DNA of 64,000 bases from an uncultured virus (IMG/VR IMGVR_UViG_3300010051_000002) (taxonomy: Duplodnaviria > Heunggongvirae > Uroviricota > Caudoviricetes): positions 1 to 64,000 of the IMG/VR virus record IMGVR_UViG_3300010051_000002, one strand, 5' to 3'. Positions 48,715 to 58,825 of the stretch are shown piece by piece. The notes under the pieces are model-generated. The model was not told where the DNA came from and did not search any database. It saw nothing but the letters and a program-made list of their open reading frames with translations. Every line of letters begins with the position of its first letter. Within the stretch, counting starts at the first letter, position 1. The translations under genes and the position numbers were made by a program.

Positions 48715-49731
48715 ATGTCTGCACAAACTGCACAAGACAACCAAATAGAAAAAGAAATTACTATTGGAGGTATCGTTTATGTTTTAAAAGGAAAAGTTGA
48801 CATTACTATAACTCCTAAAGAAACACAACCTGTACCGCCAACTCCACCAGTAGATCCTGCTAAACCAGAACCAACTAAACCAGATAGTTTTGGAACAATA
48901 AAGGATGGTGCTTCATGGTCTAAGAATCCAGGTAAAGCAGAAACTTGGAAGATAGTTAACATGAATAAACCACCAGAGAAATTCAAAATTATTGCTACTG
49001 ACGGTTTGAACGTTATTGCTGATTTAGAATCTAAAGAACAGGCACAGGGGTTAATTGACTATTTCAAGGTTAACGTATTTCCACCTAAAGGAAATGATAA
49101 TAGTACTCCTGTCGATCCAGAAGAACCACCTAAACCACCAGTAGTTGTTGATGGTGAATTACCATATAAGACAACAGGGAAAACTGTGGAAATGTCACAA
49201 CGTGGACCAACAAAAAGAAACTATGCAAGTGGTAAACCTTCAGATTGGACTATAGAAAAGAACGCAAAGAAGATAACATTCTCTAAGATTATGGCAGTGT
49301 TTACAATTGCAGTACCTACCGAATGGGAGCATGATGATAACTTATCAATCAAACTAGGCGGTACGCATATGGGAAGCGGTTGGTTTGACAATGGTATATC
49401 AATCTATGAAGGGCAAACCTGCTTAGGAACAGAAAAGAAGCATCCAAGTACAAAACTATGTGTAGTAAAGGGTAAAGCATTTGGTGATCTTAGAGGTAAA
49501 ACAGTTTCAGTATGTTCAACCTATTTCAAAGATACAAATAGCACTGAATTTTGGGTAAATATACCAGGTGTAACTAAAGGATGGGAAAAGGGATGTGAAG
49601 GTACAAATGTTGGTGGATTTAACCCTAATGCAGGAAATGAAACAGAGGTACAACTAAGAATAGATGGGTTCAAAGAAAAGGATCAACCACCAGACATACA
49701 GAAATTTGCTGTGATGGAAATCCAGCAATAA
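48715..49731 (+). CDS. Modular protein: one TMP-extension repeat plus jelly-roll domain, Pro-rich linkers
   Basis: 'ETWKIVNMNKPPEKFKII..DGLNVIADLESKEQAQGLIDY'; 'SIKLGGTH...EKKHP...LRIDG'. Confidence 0.7.
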   Translation: MSAQTAQDNQIEKEITIGGIVYVLKGKVDITITPKETQPVPPTPPVDPAKPEPTKPDSFGTIKDGASWSKNPGKAETWKIVNMNKPPEKFKIIATDGLNVIADLESKEQAQGLIDYFKVNVFPPKGNDNSTPVDPEEPPKPPVVVDGELPYKTTGKTVEMSQRGPTKRNYASGKPSDWTIEKNAKKITFSKIMAVFTIAVPTEWEHDDNLSIKLGGTHMGSGWFDNGISIYEGQTCLGTEKKHPSTKLCVVKGKAFGDLRGKTVSVCSTYFKDTNSTEFWVNIPGVTKGWEKGCEGTNVGGFNPNAGNETEVQLRIDGFKEKDQPPDIQKFAVMEIQQ

Positions 49732-49747
49732 ATTTTTTTTAATCAAA

Positions 49748-50008
49748 ATGTCAGAACAGAAACAAAAATTTTGTTGTACGTTTTTTGAACAAAGTGTAAA
49801 ATTAGGTGAAATAATAACAAAGGAAGAATTATTTAGTAATATTAATGATATAGAATTCTTAAGAATACATCCAAAGTATGTTATCAGATCTGAAAGTGGC
49901 AAATATTTAGGGTTTAATTTTTGTAGTAATTGTGGTTTTAAATATTCAACTGATGAACAGATAGAATACTGGAATAAAATATACAAAATAAAAAATAAAG
50001 ATCCTTAG
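49748..50008 (+). CDS. Small CC...CxxC zinc-binding protein
   Basis: FCC...FCSNCG; same pattern as 58227 and 62654. Confidence 0.6.
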   Translation: MSEQKQKFCCTFFEQSVKLGEIITKEELFSNINDIEFLRIHPKYVIRSESGKYLGFNFCSNCGFKYSTDEQIEYWNKIYKIKNKDP

Positions 50009-50124
50009 ATCTTTTTTAATAGATTTCTCATTTGAGAGCTGTTAGGTGTTGCTGCAAAAGGTTTACCTAAAGGCATGGTACCTGCATTTCTAATTGTTGT
50101 TTTAATTCCAGTTGTTGTTGCCAT
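50005..50124 (-). CDS. Small basic protein (39 aa)
   Basis: Read by eye: MATTTGIKTTIRNAGTMPLGKPFAATPNSSQMRNLLKKI. Confidence 0.45.
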   Translation of the reverse strand: MATTTGIKTTIRNAGTMPLGKPFAATPNSSQMRNLLKKI

Positions 50125-50177
50125 TATCTTATCTTAAGATAATTAATATTTAAATAATACTCAATATATAATATAGT

Positions 50178-50348
50178 TGGGTCTTCGGACCCATTGTTTT
50201 AAAAGAATTTTTATATATTATCTTTTATAATAACATTTGATTAGAAAGTTTTACAGACTTCTTTCTAATCTACTCTCAGCATCTAGAACCTAAAACAGCA
50301 GCTCTTTTCTATCAGGGTAGGTTTTATTGTGTTTCCCCTACCCTGATA
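50178..50348 (+). ncRNA. Candidate structured non-coding RNA or cis-element (three hairpins)
   Basis: TGGGTC-TTCG-GACCCA (50178-50193); GATTAGAAAG..CTTTCTAATC (50239-50270); TATCAGGGTAGG..CCTACCCTGATA (50310-50348). Confidence 0.4.
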
Positions 50349-50393
50349 TTTAATAACGTTTTAAACATAGGGCATTTTTATAATTAGTATTCA

Positions 50394-52202
50394 ATGGTAG
50401 TATTAGACAAAATTTACCGTACTCCTGTTAAATTTAAAGTATCAATTCTAGATTCAGAAACATTAGAACAGGTAGAACAATATTCAATGTTTGAACCCGA
50501 TAAAAGCCCTTACGGTTTGGTTGATCTGTCTTATTCTAATCCATATGGATCAGTTTCACAGCATTATTTAGAACTGCATGATCCTAAAAATGAAATAAAT
50601 TTGCAGGATTTCAGGCATGGTAATATTGTTTTAATTCAGGGAAGTAAGGATCTTTCACTTTTCCCACTTTATAATTTTGGTTATGGAAAAATAGAACGTG
50701 TTATTGAAAAAGAAAGTGTAGAAGGAAATGCTTTTTATGGTTTTGATATAGCAGGTAGTGCCAAAATAATCTACGATTCTATAGGTACATACGTTAGACC
50801 ACCACAGTACAAGAACCTTAGAAAAGGGTTTGCAAATATAGACGTAAAGAATGAGGAATATTCTATTTACAATCATCTTATGCGTCTATTTCTTTCAAAA
50901 GATGTTTTACAATCAAATATTGCTTATTCATTACAGGAACGTGGTAATTTTAGCTTAGCAGGAATATCTGAAAAGATTAAAGAAATCTACCCATCCATAT
51001 CTAAGGTATACCAGCATATCAGTGCAATCATTGATGAATTTGCAGATATTGCTGGATGTGTGTGGGGAGTTGATGAATACAATCAGGTTTATTTTAGAAG
51101 AATAAACGATCTTACTCTTGGGCATGTACTAAAAACGTACAGGGATGTAATGGATGATGATAATGTAACGGGGGTTATTTTAGATTCACCTATTAGTAAA
51201 GTAACTTCAACCTCTTCTGCGGATGGGTATTTTGATGTTGCATTTGGTTTTGTTCAACAAAGTAACATCTATGATGTTGGGGGTAATATTGTAAATTATA
51301 CATCAACTTACGACAAAGATATTTGTGTACGTGTAAAAGCAGGAACATCTAGGTTTAGAAATCTCACGATAACGGTAATGCGTGTAGGTGCAGGAACAGA
51401 CGCAAATGATCCGAGTCATGCATTTTTAACTGGTCACATTGCCAATGATGAAGATGGTAGAATTGGCAGTACTCCTGTGGCTCATTTTTGGCATCCAATC
51501 CTTGAGGTACCAGATAAACCAACAGCATTATCGGTATCTATCACAACAGAACCAGTTGATATTGATGTTAATGGTTATTACTGGATTGTACTTCATAAGA
51601 AAGGATCTAATCAAAATAATTGCTTACGTTGGTATCATGATAACGATATTAAAGATGAATATACGGATCATTGGAGTGGTACCAGACCAGTTAGGGAAAG
51701 ACAGAACGTTCAAGAATCTTGGCACAATGCAGGGTGGCAAATATATTCTCATGGTCCAATTTACAGTTACGCATTTGCGAACTATTCCAGAATTCCCAAC
51801 ATTGCGTATAACCCATTTGGCTTCAATGGTGGAGTTAAAAGAGCTCCCGTAGAAGTTGTATACAATGTAAACTGGATTAAAGACGTTCATACAATGCAAA
51901 AATGGTTAAACCTTTCTTCTTTCACAGGATCACAGCAACCTGTAACGTTTCAATTTAATCGTGTGCATATTCCAAATATACCAATTCGATCAGGCTATAC
52001 TGGTCAACTGGTTACCAAACAGATAGCAAAGAAAGAAAACGGTGGACTTATTGGAACGATAACAAATGTAAGCGGTAGGTTTGCAGGAATAAACAATGAC
52101 GATTTAAGTGGACCAGCAGGAAGCAATACATGCAGTGTTGATTTTGTTAGTTACAATAATGTAAATATTGCTACAAAGGTACCTGCAATACCAGCAGTTT
52201 AA
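50394..52202 (+). CDS. Putative baseplate hub/tail-tip protein
   Basis: 'IIDEFADIAGCVWGVDEYNQVYFRR' hub-like motif; 602 aa. Confidence 0.6.
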   Translation: MVVLDKIYRTPVKFKVSILDSETLEQVEQYSMFEPDKSPYGLVDLSYSNPYGSVSQHYLELHDPKNEINLQDFRHGNIVLIQGSKDLSLFPLYNFGYGKIERVIEKESVEGNAFYGFDIAGSAKIIYDSIGTYVRPPQYKNLRKGFANIDVKNEEYSIYNHLMRLFLSKDVLQSNIAYSLQERGNFSLAGISEKIKEIYPSISKVYQHISAIIDEFADIAGCVWGVDEYNQVYFRRINDLTLGHVLKTYRDVMDDDNVTGVILDSPISKVTSTSSADGYFDVAFGFVQQSNIYDVGGNIVNYTSTYDKDICVRVKAGTSRFRNLTITVMRVGAGTDANDPSHAFLTGHIANDEDGRIGSTPVAHFWHPILEVPDKPTALSVSITTEPVDIDVNGYYWIVLHKKGSNQNNCLRWYHDNDIKDEYTDHWSGTRPVRERQNVQESWHNAGWQIYSHGPIYSYAFANYSRIPNIAYNPFGFNGGVKRAPVEVVYNVNWIKDVHTMQKWLNLSSFTGSQQPVTFQFNRVHIPNIPIRSGYTGQLVTKQIAKKENGGLIGTITNVSGRFAGINNDDLSGPAGSNTCSVDFVSYNNVNIATKVPAIPAV

Positions 52203-52244
52203 GGGTATGTTTATAATTACTGAAAACTCAAAGAGGTTTGGACA

Positions 52245-52946
52245 TTGAGAAAATACAGTACTATCTTTCAAAGATGGATTCAACAGTTAACAACTCCTGT
52301 TTACAGACATACAACACATGTAAAGGGAAGTGATATTAACAGTTTATGGAACGCTGAAGATAGACCAATTATAATTGCCAATTATTTTAACAAGGTAAAA
52401 TTTCTTAGAATGTTATCATATGAAGATACCAAAGATCAACGATTGAAAATTATTCAGGAATATAACGACAAACAAATGAAGTGTTATAACGATCATCGAA
52501 ACGTTCTGATTAACGAGCATACACATCCATCAACATTTTTTCAACCAATCCAGGTTTCACCAATTGATAATTTAATAGTTGAAGGTGGGTTAACCAAGTT
52601 AACAGAACAGATCGCTAACGCTTCTACAACATGGTTTACATTTTTAGAAGTTGGTGAAAATAATACTGGTCATGGTAAATTAAACAACAGGTTACAAGCT
52701 CCTGTTTATAGACTTAATGTAATGGATCTTGGATGGTTTGAACCACATGGCAACACTTTATTTACAGGATCGGTATTTCCTGAAGATATACGATCATTTT
52801 ACTTAAAAGAAATAGGTGGGTTTGATGCAGGATCAGATCCTAGCACTATGTTTTGGCGTATAGTTATAACAGAATTAGCCAAGATTTTACATCATATAGT
52901 TGGTGAAACTTATGTTTCAGTAAGTCATATACATACATTTGAATGA
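52245..52946 (+). CDS. Putative tail/baseplate structural protein
   Basis: C-term 'NLIVEGG...LEVG...L...YR...F...KEIGGFD...MFWR' similar to 27572. Confidence 0.55.
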   Translation: MRKYSTIFQRWIQQLTTPVYRHTTHVKGSDINSLWNAEDRPIIIANYFNKVKFLRMLSYEDTKDQRLKIIQEYNDKQMKCYNDHRNVLINEHTHPSTFFQPIQVSPIDNLIVEGGLTKLTEQIANASTTWFTFLEVGENNTGHGKLNNRLQAPVYRLNVMDLGWFEPHGNTLFTGSVFPEDIRSFYLKEIGGFDAGSDPSTMFWRIVITELAKILHHIVGETYVSVSHIHTFE

Positions 52947-53189
52947 GTGAATAATAAGATGGTTGAAACGAGAATAAGAGAAGTCAGAATGAGCTGTATA
53001 AGATGCGGTAATACATTTTTAGAAATAAAAAATGCCCTTATTCCCATTCATTTTAAAAGTGTTAAATTGATTTGTGCTAATTGCTCAGCGGTAATTAAAA
53101 CAAAGGATGATTTTCAATCAGAAAGTTTTGAACCTGAAAACCAGCTTATATTAAAAAAGGATTTGTATAACCCTGAAAAATATACCTAA
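52947..53189 (+). CDS. Small zinc-ribbon protein
   Basis: CIRC...CANC. Confidence 0.55.
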   Translation: MNNKMVETRIREVRMSCIRCGNTFLEIKNALIPIHFKSVKLICANCSAVIKTKDDFQSESFEPENQLILKKDLYNPEKYT

Positions 53190-53190
53190 T

Positions 53191-53358
53191 ATGTCAAAAT
53201 ACAAATTCCTAAGATGCTATGTATGCGGTACAAGATTAATAGAACCCAATCCATTCAGAAGATTTTGGGTATGGTTTTATCAAACATTTACAAAAAAATA
53301 CGTGTACTGTGTTTGCACATTCTGTTACAGGGAAAAAAATGATCCAGAATATCAATAA
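53191..53358 (+). CDS. Small zinc-finger protein (55 aa)
   Basis: Read by eye: MSKYKFLRCYVCG...CVCTFCYREKNDPEYQ; stop abuts palindrome copy 4. Confidence 0.6.
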   Translation: MSKYKFLRCYVCGTRLIEPNPFRRFWVWFYQTFTKKYVYCVCTFCYREKNDPEYQ

Positions 53359-53381
53359 TTTGCGAAGAAGATCTTCGCAAA
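53359..53381. repeat. 23-bp palindromic element copy 4 (core AGA)
   Basis: Identical to 43128-43150; between convergent stops at 53358 and 53388. Confidence 0.95.
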
Positions 53382-53387
53382 ATTACT

Positions 53388-54338
53388 TTACATGCCAAAA
53401 GCATGCTGATAAAAGATTTTAAGCCATTCTTTGTTTATTATCTTGATTGTGAATTTACAATTTCCACAGGTTAGATATAGATGCACGTTAAGGTTTTCAT
53501 TTCTTGGGTATGTTGATACGGTACCATTCTGATTATCTATCAATTCTTTTGTACTTACCGTATGTTTGTGCCTTAGCTGTTCAATTAAATACTGGTCTAT
53601 AGATTTTGTACGACAGCTTGGGCATACGATATACTTCATTATTTCGATTGCATCCCTAAGCATACTATTATATAAGTATAACTTGCTTTAAAACGTTCTA
53701 GTGTTTTTTAGAATTTGGGTATTTATGAGTTACGGTATTATATAAGATTAACTTAGGCTAATCTATCATAGATTATTTTATCAACTGCTAGATCAAATTC
53801 TATTAATTCTCTATGCCATTCATTATTGTATAAATTTTCATCAGCAGTATGTATAAAATAAAATTCCATTTTAACCCTGCATCTAGGGCAGTTTATATCA
53901 TAGATCATTTTTCTAATTCTTTTTTTATTACTTCTGCTTCATTTTCTACAAAATTTATTAAATCTTTACAAAGAGCATTTTCTTCCTGTAAAATTTCCTT
54001 AGCTTTAGGGTTGAGATAGGCATATCTACTTTCATGTATGAATTCATGATTAATTTTTTTATATATTGATAATGCCCTAACTATTAATTCTAATGCTGGA
54101 GCTGTTTGTTCATTTAGACCAAATGGCATATAGTACTTTTTATTTTCTTTATCAATTATTCTATGGCTCATTTTGATAACTCTTTTAAATGTGATATAAT
54201 CATTTTTATTTCCTTAATTCTCTTTTCATGGTATTTTAAATCATTTTCATAGACTTCTAAAGCGTATATTGTAAATGCATTTGGAGTTTTTAAGCTTAGT
54301 ATATTTAATACTTCATCACTTGGTATATCATCACTCAT
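53388..54338 (-). other. Leftward cluster of small ORFs (53388-53663, ~53753-53908, 53905-54171, 54168-54338)
   Basis: ORF track plus two short ORFs read by eye; CxxC motifs in two. Confidence 0.6.
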
Positions 54339-54367
54339 TTTTGATTACTGCATTATTTGCAGATGTC

Positions 54368-54437
54368 ATATATAAACATACATTTGTATATTCTAATAAA
54401 ACTATTAGAAATGATTATATACAGAATTCGGTATATA
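54368..54437. promoter_or_regulatory. Divergent promoter region with two palindromes
   Basis: TATA-like tracts; TTCTAATA-AAAC-TATTAGAA (54391-54410); TATATAC-A-GAATTC-G-GTATATA (54416-54437). Confidence 0.55.
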
Positions 54438-54453
54438 CATCTTAAGAAAAAAA

Positions 54454-57162
54454 ATGAGTAAATTAATAACAACCAAAAAAATAAACGACACAATAGAAAA
54501 GATCGAAAAAAGACTAAGAAAAGTTGAAACAAAACCATTTCAGGTGATATATGACAAAGAATTATCTAGCTACATCATAAAGACAACAAACAAGGTAATT
54601 CATCCTGCACTTGTAGGTTCATTTCTTCAGGGACTGAACTTATGGATCGGTTCGGTAATAGTCAATGATGCAGGATTTTTAAACCTAGAATTAAAGGAGT
54701 GTTAAAAAAATGGGTGAAGATCTATATACAAAAAAACAGCTTGATGATCTTTCTCAAGATCTCAAAGAAATCAACGTTGAACATTACCCTGAAGTCTTTG
54801 ATATTGATGATTTTACATTAGGTCATTATCAGAAGGTAGAGCTTGCCAAAATATTAAACACAATAGATCCAATGCTAACAAATCAAGATATGGTGTTTAT
54901 TTTTATCAGTGTCAACAATACAACAAGCCTTACAAAAATGGTAAACTACCTGGTTGAAAAATTACGAATACATGAGAATTACAGGCTGATCGATTACAAG
55001 TTTAACAGTGTAATGACTACATCAGAAGCGTATGATAATTTTGATTTCAGCGTAAGCCTACAATTTAAGAGTACGGTTTAAAATGTCTTTTTCTTTATCA
55101 TGCGAAAAGTGCGGTACAAATCCTGAAACATTTCATAATTATAAAGATCAAATCTTATGTCCTTCCTGTTTTAAAAAAGAACTGAAGAAACACAACAAAG
55201 CGATCAAATGTGCCAAGTGTGGCAAAAAAACAATGTATTATACCAAATGGTACGGTAAGGAAGTCTGTATAAAATGTGATATGATTGCAAGACAGCTTAG
55301 AACAATAAGATACAACGGTAATAAAATACTCAAAGGTATTATGCAAGATATATATGCATTGGAGCAAAAAAAATAATGCCATTTGTAGAAGTTATAATTG
55401 AATGTTCAAATTGCGATAATAAAAAGAAAATAGAAATTGCTCAATCTACTTCTTATATTTCTGTTCCAATTGAGGATTTCACCGTTAATTGCTGCAAGTG
55501 TGATATTCAGGGTTGTGAAAACTGTACGTTAATAGATATTGAAGATAATACTTACTGTCAGGATTGTTATTTTAAATACGTGCAAAAAGGATTAATCACA
55601 AAAAAGCTAGGAGTAGAATAAGAAAAGAATGAAACTGTATTTTGAACTATCAATTGCATGTGAAAAATGCGATAAAAAAGTAATAACGATAAAAGATAAC
55701 AATGCTTATTCTATTCACGAAAAATTCACATTGGTTTGTGATCCTTGTGCTTTGAAATTAAAGCAAGAAAAACAAAAACAAAATGAAAAACCAAAACCAA
55801 AGGAAGGGGTACAATATATCATAATGGATGAATCGCATGGTAGGCATAGCTGTGAATATTCTGAAAATGGTGTTGACTGTATGACCAAAGCGACACACTG
55901 GATTACAGAACTATCAACTTATTCATGCCAGCAACACTTTGATAAATGGGCTAAAGGATGGGTACCTGAATAAAAATGGTAGGATCACCCGATAGACCGT
56001 TTAAAAGAATCAAAAGGGTAAAAGGTAACTATAAAGAATTTGATTCTTTAAGCCAAATGATAAGTAAAAGAATACGACAAATGTACGGTGATAACAGGGA
56101 AAAAATACTATTTGATAATCCTGTTATAATACTGAAAGATAAGGAAGAAATTACAAAGATGCAGGAATTTGAAAAATACATTGAGAATTTTCTTAGATGT
56201 GCCAATTGTATGAAGCAACCAGTAATGGAACATGTAGGATCTGATTCAACTAATCTTGTATTCACATGCCAAACATGTTTCTGTACCACAACAGACAGTA
56301 CCAAAGAAGCACAGGAATTTGTAAAATGGTTTAACAATGTGTTATCTAGATTCTCATGCGAATTTACCAAAATGCCAAATTACATAGTAGGGGAAACAAA
56401 AGAAGAAAACGGTGGTGGTTGGTTTCATGAATGGTGCAGCAATGAATACACTGGTGATTACGAAATAAGGGTACCAAAGANNAATTCAGATCAAACGTTT
56501 AGAAAAGAAAGATTAGAACAATTAGAAGAATTTAACAGAGCTATTAATGAAATGAATCAAAGACTAAGAAATATTGAATCAAAAATTGATGATGTAAGAC
56601 AACAAGCATTATTTTCTGTTGCTCCACAAATAAAAGAATTACAAGATAATAAATTAACTCTTATCAATCGAGTGCAGCAATTAAGAGATGAAAAAGAAAA
56701 TTACTATCAAAATACATGCGGTCATTTAGAATATAATGATGGTACAGTGCATCTGTGTTTATGGTGTGGTAAGGATTTATGAATAAAGAAAAACAGGGAT
56801 CAATAGATTTTAAGAAAGATGATAGAAGAGGATGGGATTTTAGACCAGTAGATATTGATGCAGAAATTAATGGCTACTTTGCATATGATGATCCTCTTCC
56901 TGATGAATGTAGTGGTAAATTAGGTGGTGATAAAAAGATAGGATTTAGAAGTTGTTATTCACTTAGCAGGGGATGTAAATATGATGATGAAAAAGATCCG
57001 TTATGTACGCATTATGCCAATAATCTAACTGGATGCTGCACATATCACAGATACAAATACAACGAGCTTTTGCAGGGTGAAAAGATAAGTGATTTTGTTA
57101 TTCAAAAAATAAATGAAAGAGGTGGAAAGATTGAAAAAGAAAAATTGCAAGAATGGAAATAA
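54454..57162 (+). other. Rightward operon of small hypothetical, mostly Cys-rich ORFs (54454, 54710, 55083, 55376, 55629, 55976, 56779)
   Basis: Tightly packed; multiple CxxC motifs; NN gap at 56481-56482 inside 55976. Confidence 0.65.
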
Positions 57163-57943
57163 AGATCTTTACAATAAAGACATAAACATTAACATCAATA
57201 CTAAATCATTTGATAAACTAAGTTTAGCATTATCAAAAATGAAAGAAGGTGTAGATGAATCATTAAAGAAAAGTGCAGATATGATAATTGAAGAAGCAAG
57301 AAAGAAAGTACCGTATGTGCCAACAGGATCGCTTAATTATCTTAATACTCCATTTCCATTTGTTCCTTCAGATCTTGGTATCGATGATGATTATGATCAT
57401 TTATCATTTAGTCCTACTGCATGGATTAACAATACAAGTTTTGATATGATGTTTGAAGAAGCAAAAAGAAAACATGAAGCAGGTGAACCTATAGGTGAAT
57501 TCTTTCCTTTCGTTCCTTCTGACTTACCTAGCGAACAATTAGAAGAATGGAATCCTGTTGGTGTAGTTACAGATTGGAAAATAGATATACCTGAAGAAAA
57601 GAAAAAACAAAAATTTCCAAAATTAGGTGAATCTAGAAGTCTAGAAGTAAATTACACAATAGAAGATCCTGATTTCTGTCAATGGTTGCAAGATATAGCA
57701 AGAAGTAATGAAACTATACCATTAAACCCTGAGGATGATCCAAGATTACCCAAAAACTTATTTCCAAATAAAAAAGGAATTCAATGGGTTATTGATGATT
57801 TAGTACCTGAAGATACCATACTTTGTTTTGATAAACGTAATGTTATATTTGGAGTAGATAAAGATGGAAAGGAATATGTAAAATTAAGAAACAAAAAGAA
57901 TTTTAAGAAGATCTCATTAAAAAAAGAGGAAAACAAAAAATGA
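57113..57943 (+). CDS. Mosaic protein of virion-protein-like fragments
   Basis: aa ~25-74 resemble the gp10-like 5074 protein; aa 146-158 resemble the tail tube; FPFVPSDL occurs twice. Confidence 0.65.
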   Translation: MKEVERLKKKNCKNGNKDLYNKDINININTKSFDKLSLALSKMKEGVDESLKKSADMIIEEARKKVPYVPTGSLNYLNTPFPFVPSDLGIDDDYDHLSFSPTAWINNTSFDMMFEEAKRKHEAGEPIGEFFPFVPSDLPSEQLEEWNPVGVVTDWKIDIPEEKKKQKFPKLGESRSLEVNYTIEDPDFCQWLQDIARSNETIPLNPEDDPRLPKNLFPNKKGIQWVIDDLVPEDTILCFDKRNVIFGVDKDGKEYVKLRNKKNFKKISLKKEENKK

Positions 57944-58227
57944 ATGAATCACAACAGGGAGCGTTAGCAGTTATAGGAATTATCATAACCATAATTGTAG
58001 CAGCAGTATTAACGGTCCATATTTTAACTCCAACAGAAATACAACAAGAAGAAGTAGCAAATCAAAATGAAACAATACAAAAAGTAGGTGGGGGTCAAAC
58101 AGTAGAAACAAATCCATTTAACAATGAAACAAACAATACTACCACTGCTACTACTGCCGATAATAATTCAATAGTAATCGATGATCTGAATTTAAACGTG
58201 AGTAATGCAACTGGACTAGGTGTATAA
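57940..58227 (+). CDS. Single-pass membrane protein with N/T-rich ectodomain
   Basis: N-terminal TM; several N-x-T/S sequons. Confidence 0.65.
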   Translation: MNESQQGALAVIGIIITIIVAAVLTVHILTPTEIQQEEVANQNETIQKVGGGQTVETNPFNNETNNTTTATTADNNSIVIDDLNLNVSNATGLGV

Positions 58228-58469
58228 TGAAAATACATTTTGTTAAAAATGCATGGGGTCATTGTATGCCAGTTTATTTTGATAAATGCTGTGATGCAAT
58301 GACATTAAAATATAGTCCAGAAACAAAACCATTCAATGGTTATTGGATGAATCCATACGATCAAATCTTATTTATTATTGAAAATGGTGAAATAAATGGT
58401 GTTGTTAAAAATTGTCCATTTTGTGATGCAAAGATAGAATTAATCCAGCGAGAGTTGAAAAGTTTATGA
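58227..58469 (+). CDS. Small CC...CPFC zinc-binding protein
   Basis: KCCDAM...NCPFCDAK. Confidence 0.6.
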   Translation: MKIHFVKNAWGHCMPVYFDKCCDAMTLKYSPETKPFNGYWMNPYDQILFIIENGEINGVVKNCPFCDAKIELIQRELKSL

Positions 58470-58825
58470 ATGATTTTAATTTAAACGAATTCAACAAACT
58501 TATCAAAGATATTTCTATCAAGATAAGATTCGCTGATGATCAAGATCTAATATTTGATGTTGCCAATAATAAAACATTCTATTCACCTGAAGTTGGTATA
58601 AGAGTAGACAAACCTGGAGTCAACCTAGAGTTTTCACATCCAATAAACAATAAACCTGTTGAGAATGTATCAAAATCAAAAAATTTGATAGTTCAAGGGT
58701 TTAATCTCAGTAATAATAACCTTAAACTCTATGCGTATAACCATGATGCTAAAGAATTCTATGATATAGAAATGACAGAAAGCACATTCAGATCTATCAA
58801 AGAAGCCTTCAAGATGATAAAATGA
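58466..58825 (+). CDS. Hypothetical protein (119 aa)
   Basis: ORF track; translational coupling. Confidence 0.6.
   Translation: MNDFNLNEFNKLIKDISIKIRFADDQDLIFDVANNKTFYSPEVGIRVDKPGVNLEFSHPINNKPVENVSKSKNLIVQGFNLSNNNLKLYAYNHDAKEFYDIEMTESTFRSIKEAFKMIK

Noticed and set aside
53759..53775. Palindrome TAATCTAT-C-ATAGATTA
   Set aside because: AT-rich, single copy and inside a probable short minus-strand ORF; likely chance.
55976..56782. Apparent fusion of a Zn-finger and a coiled-coil protein
   Set aside because: The join coincides with NN at 56481-56482, so it may be a scaffolding artefact; the gap at 63373-63374 is treated the same way.
58466..58520. 'LNEFNKLIKDISIKI' resembling tail chaperone 'INEFNKNLETSTRIMI' as a third decoy fragment
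   Set aside because: Match too short and low in complexity to support by eye.
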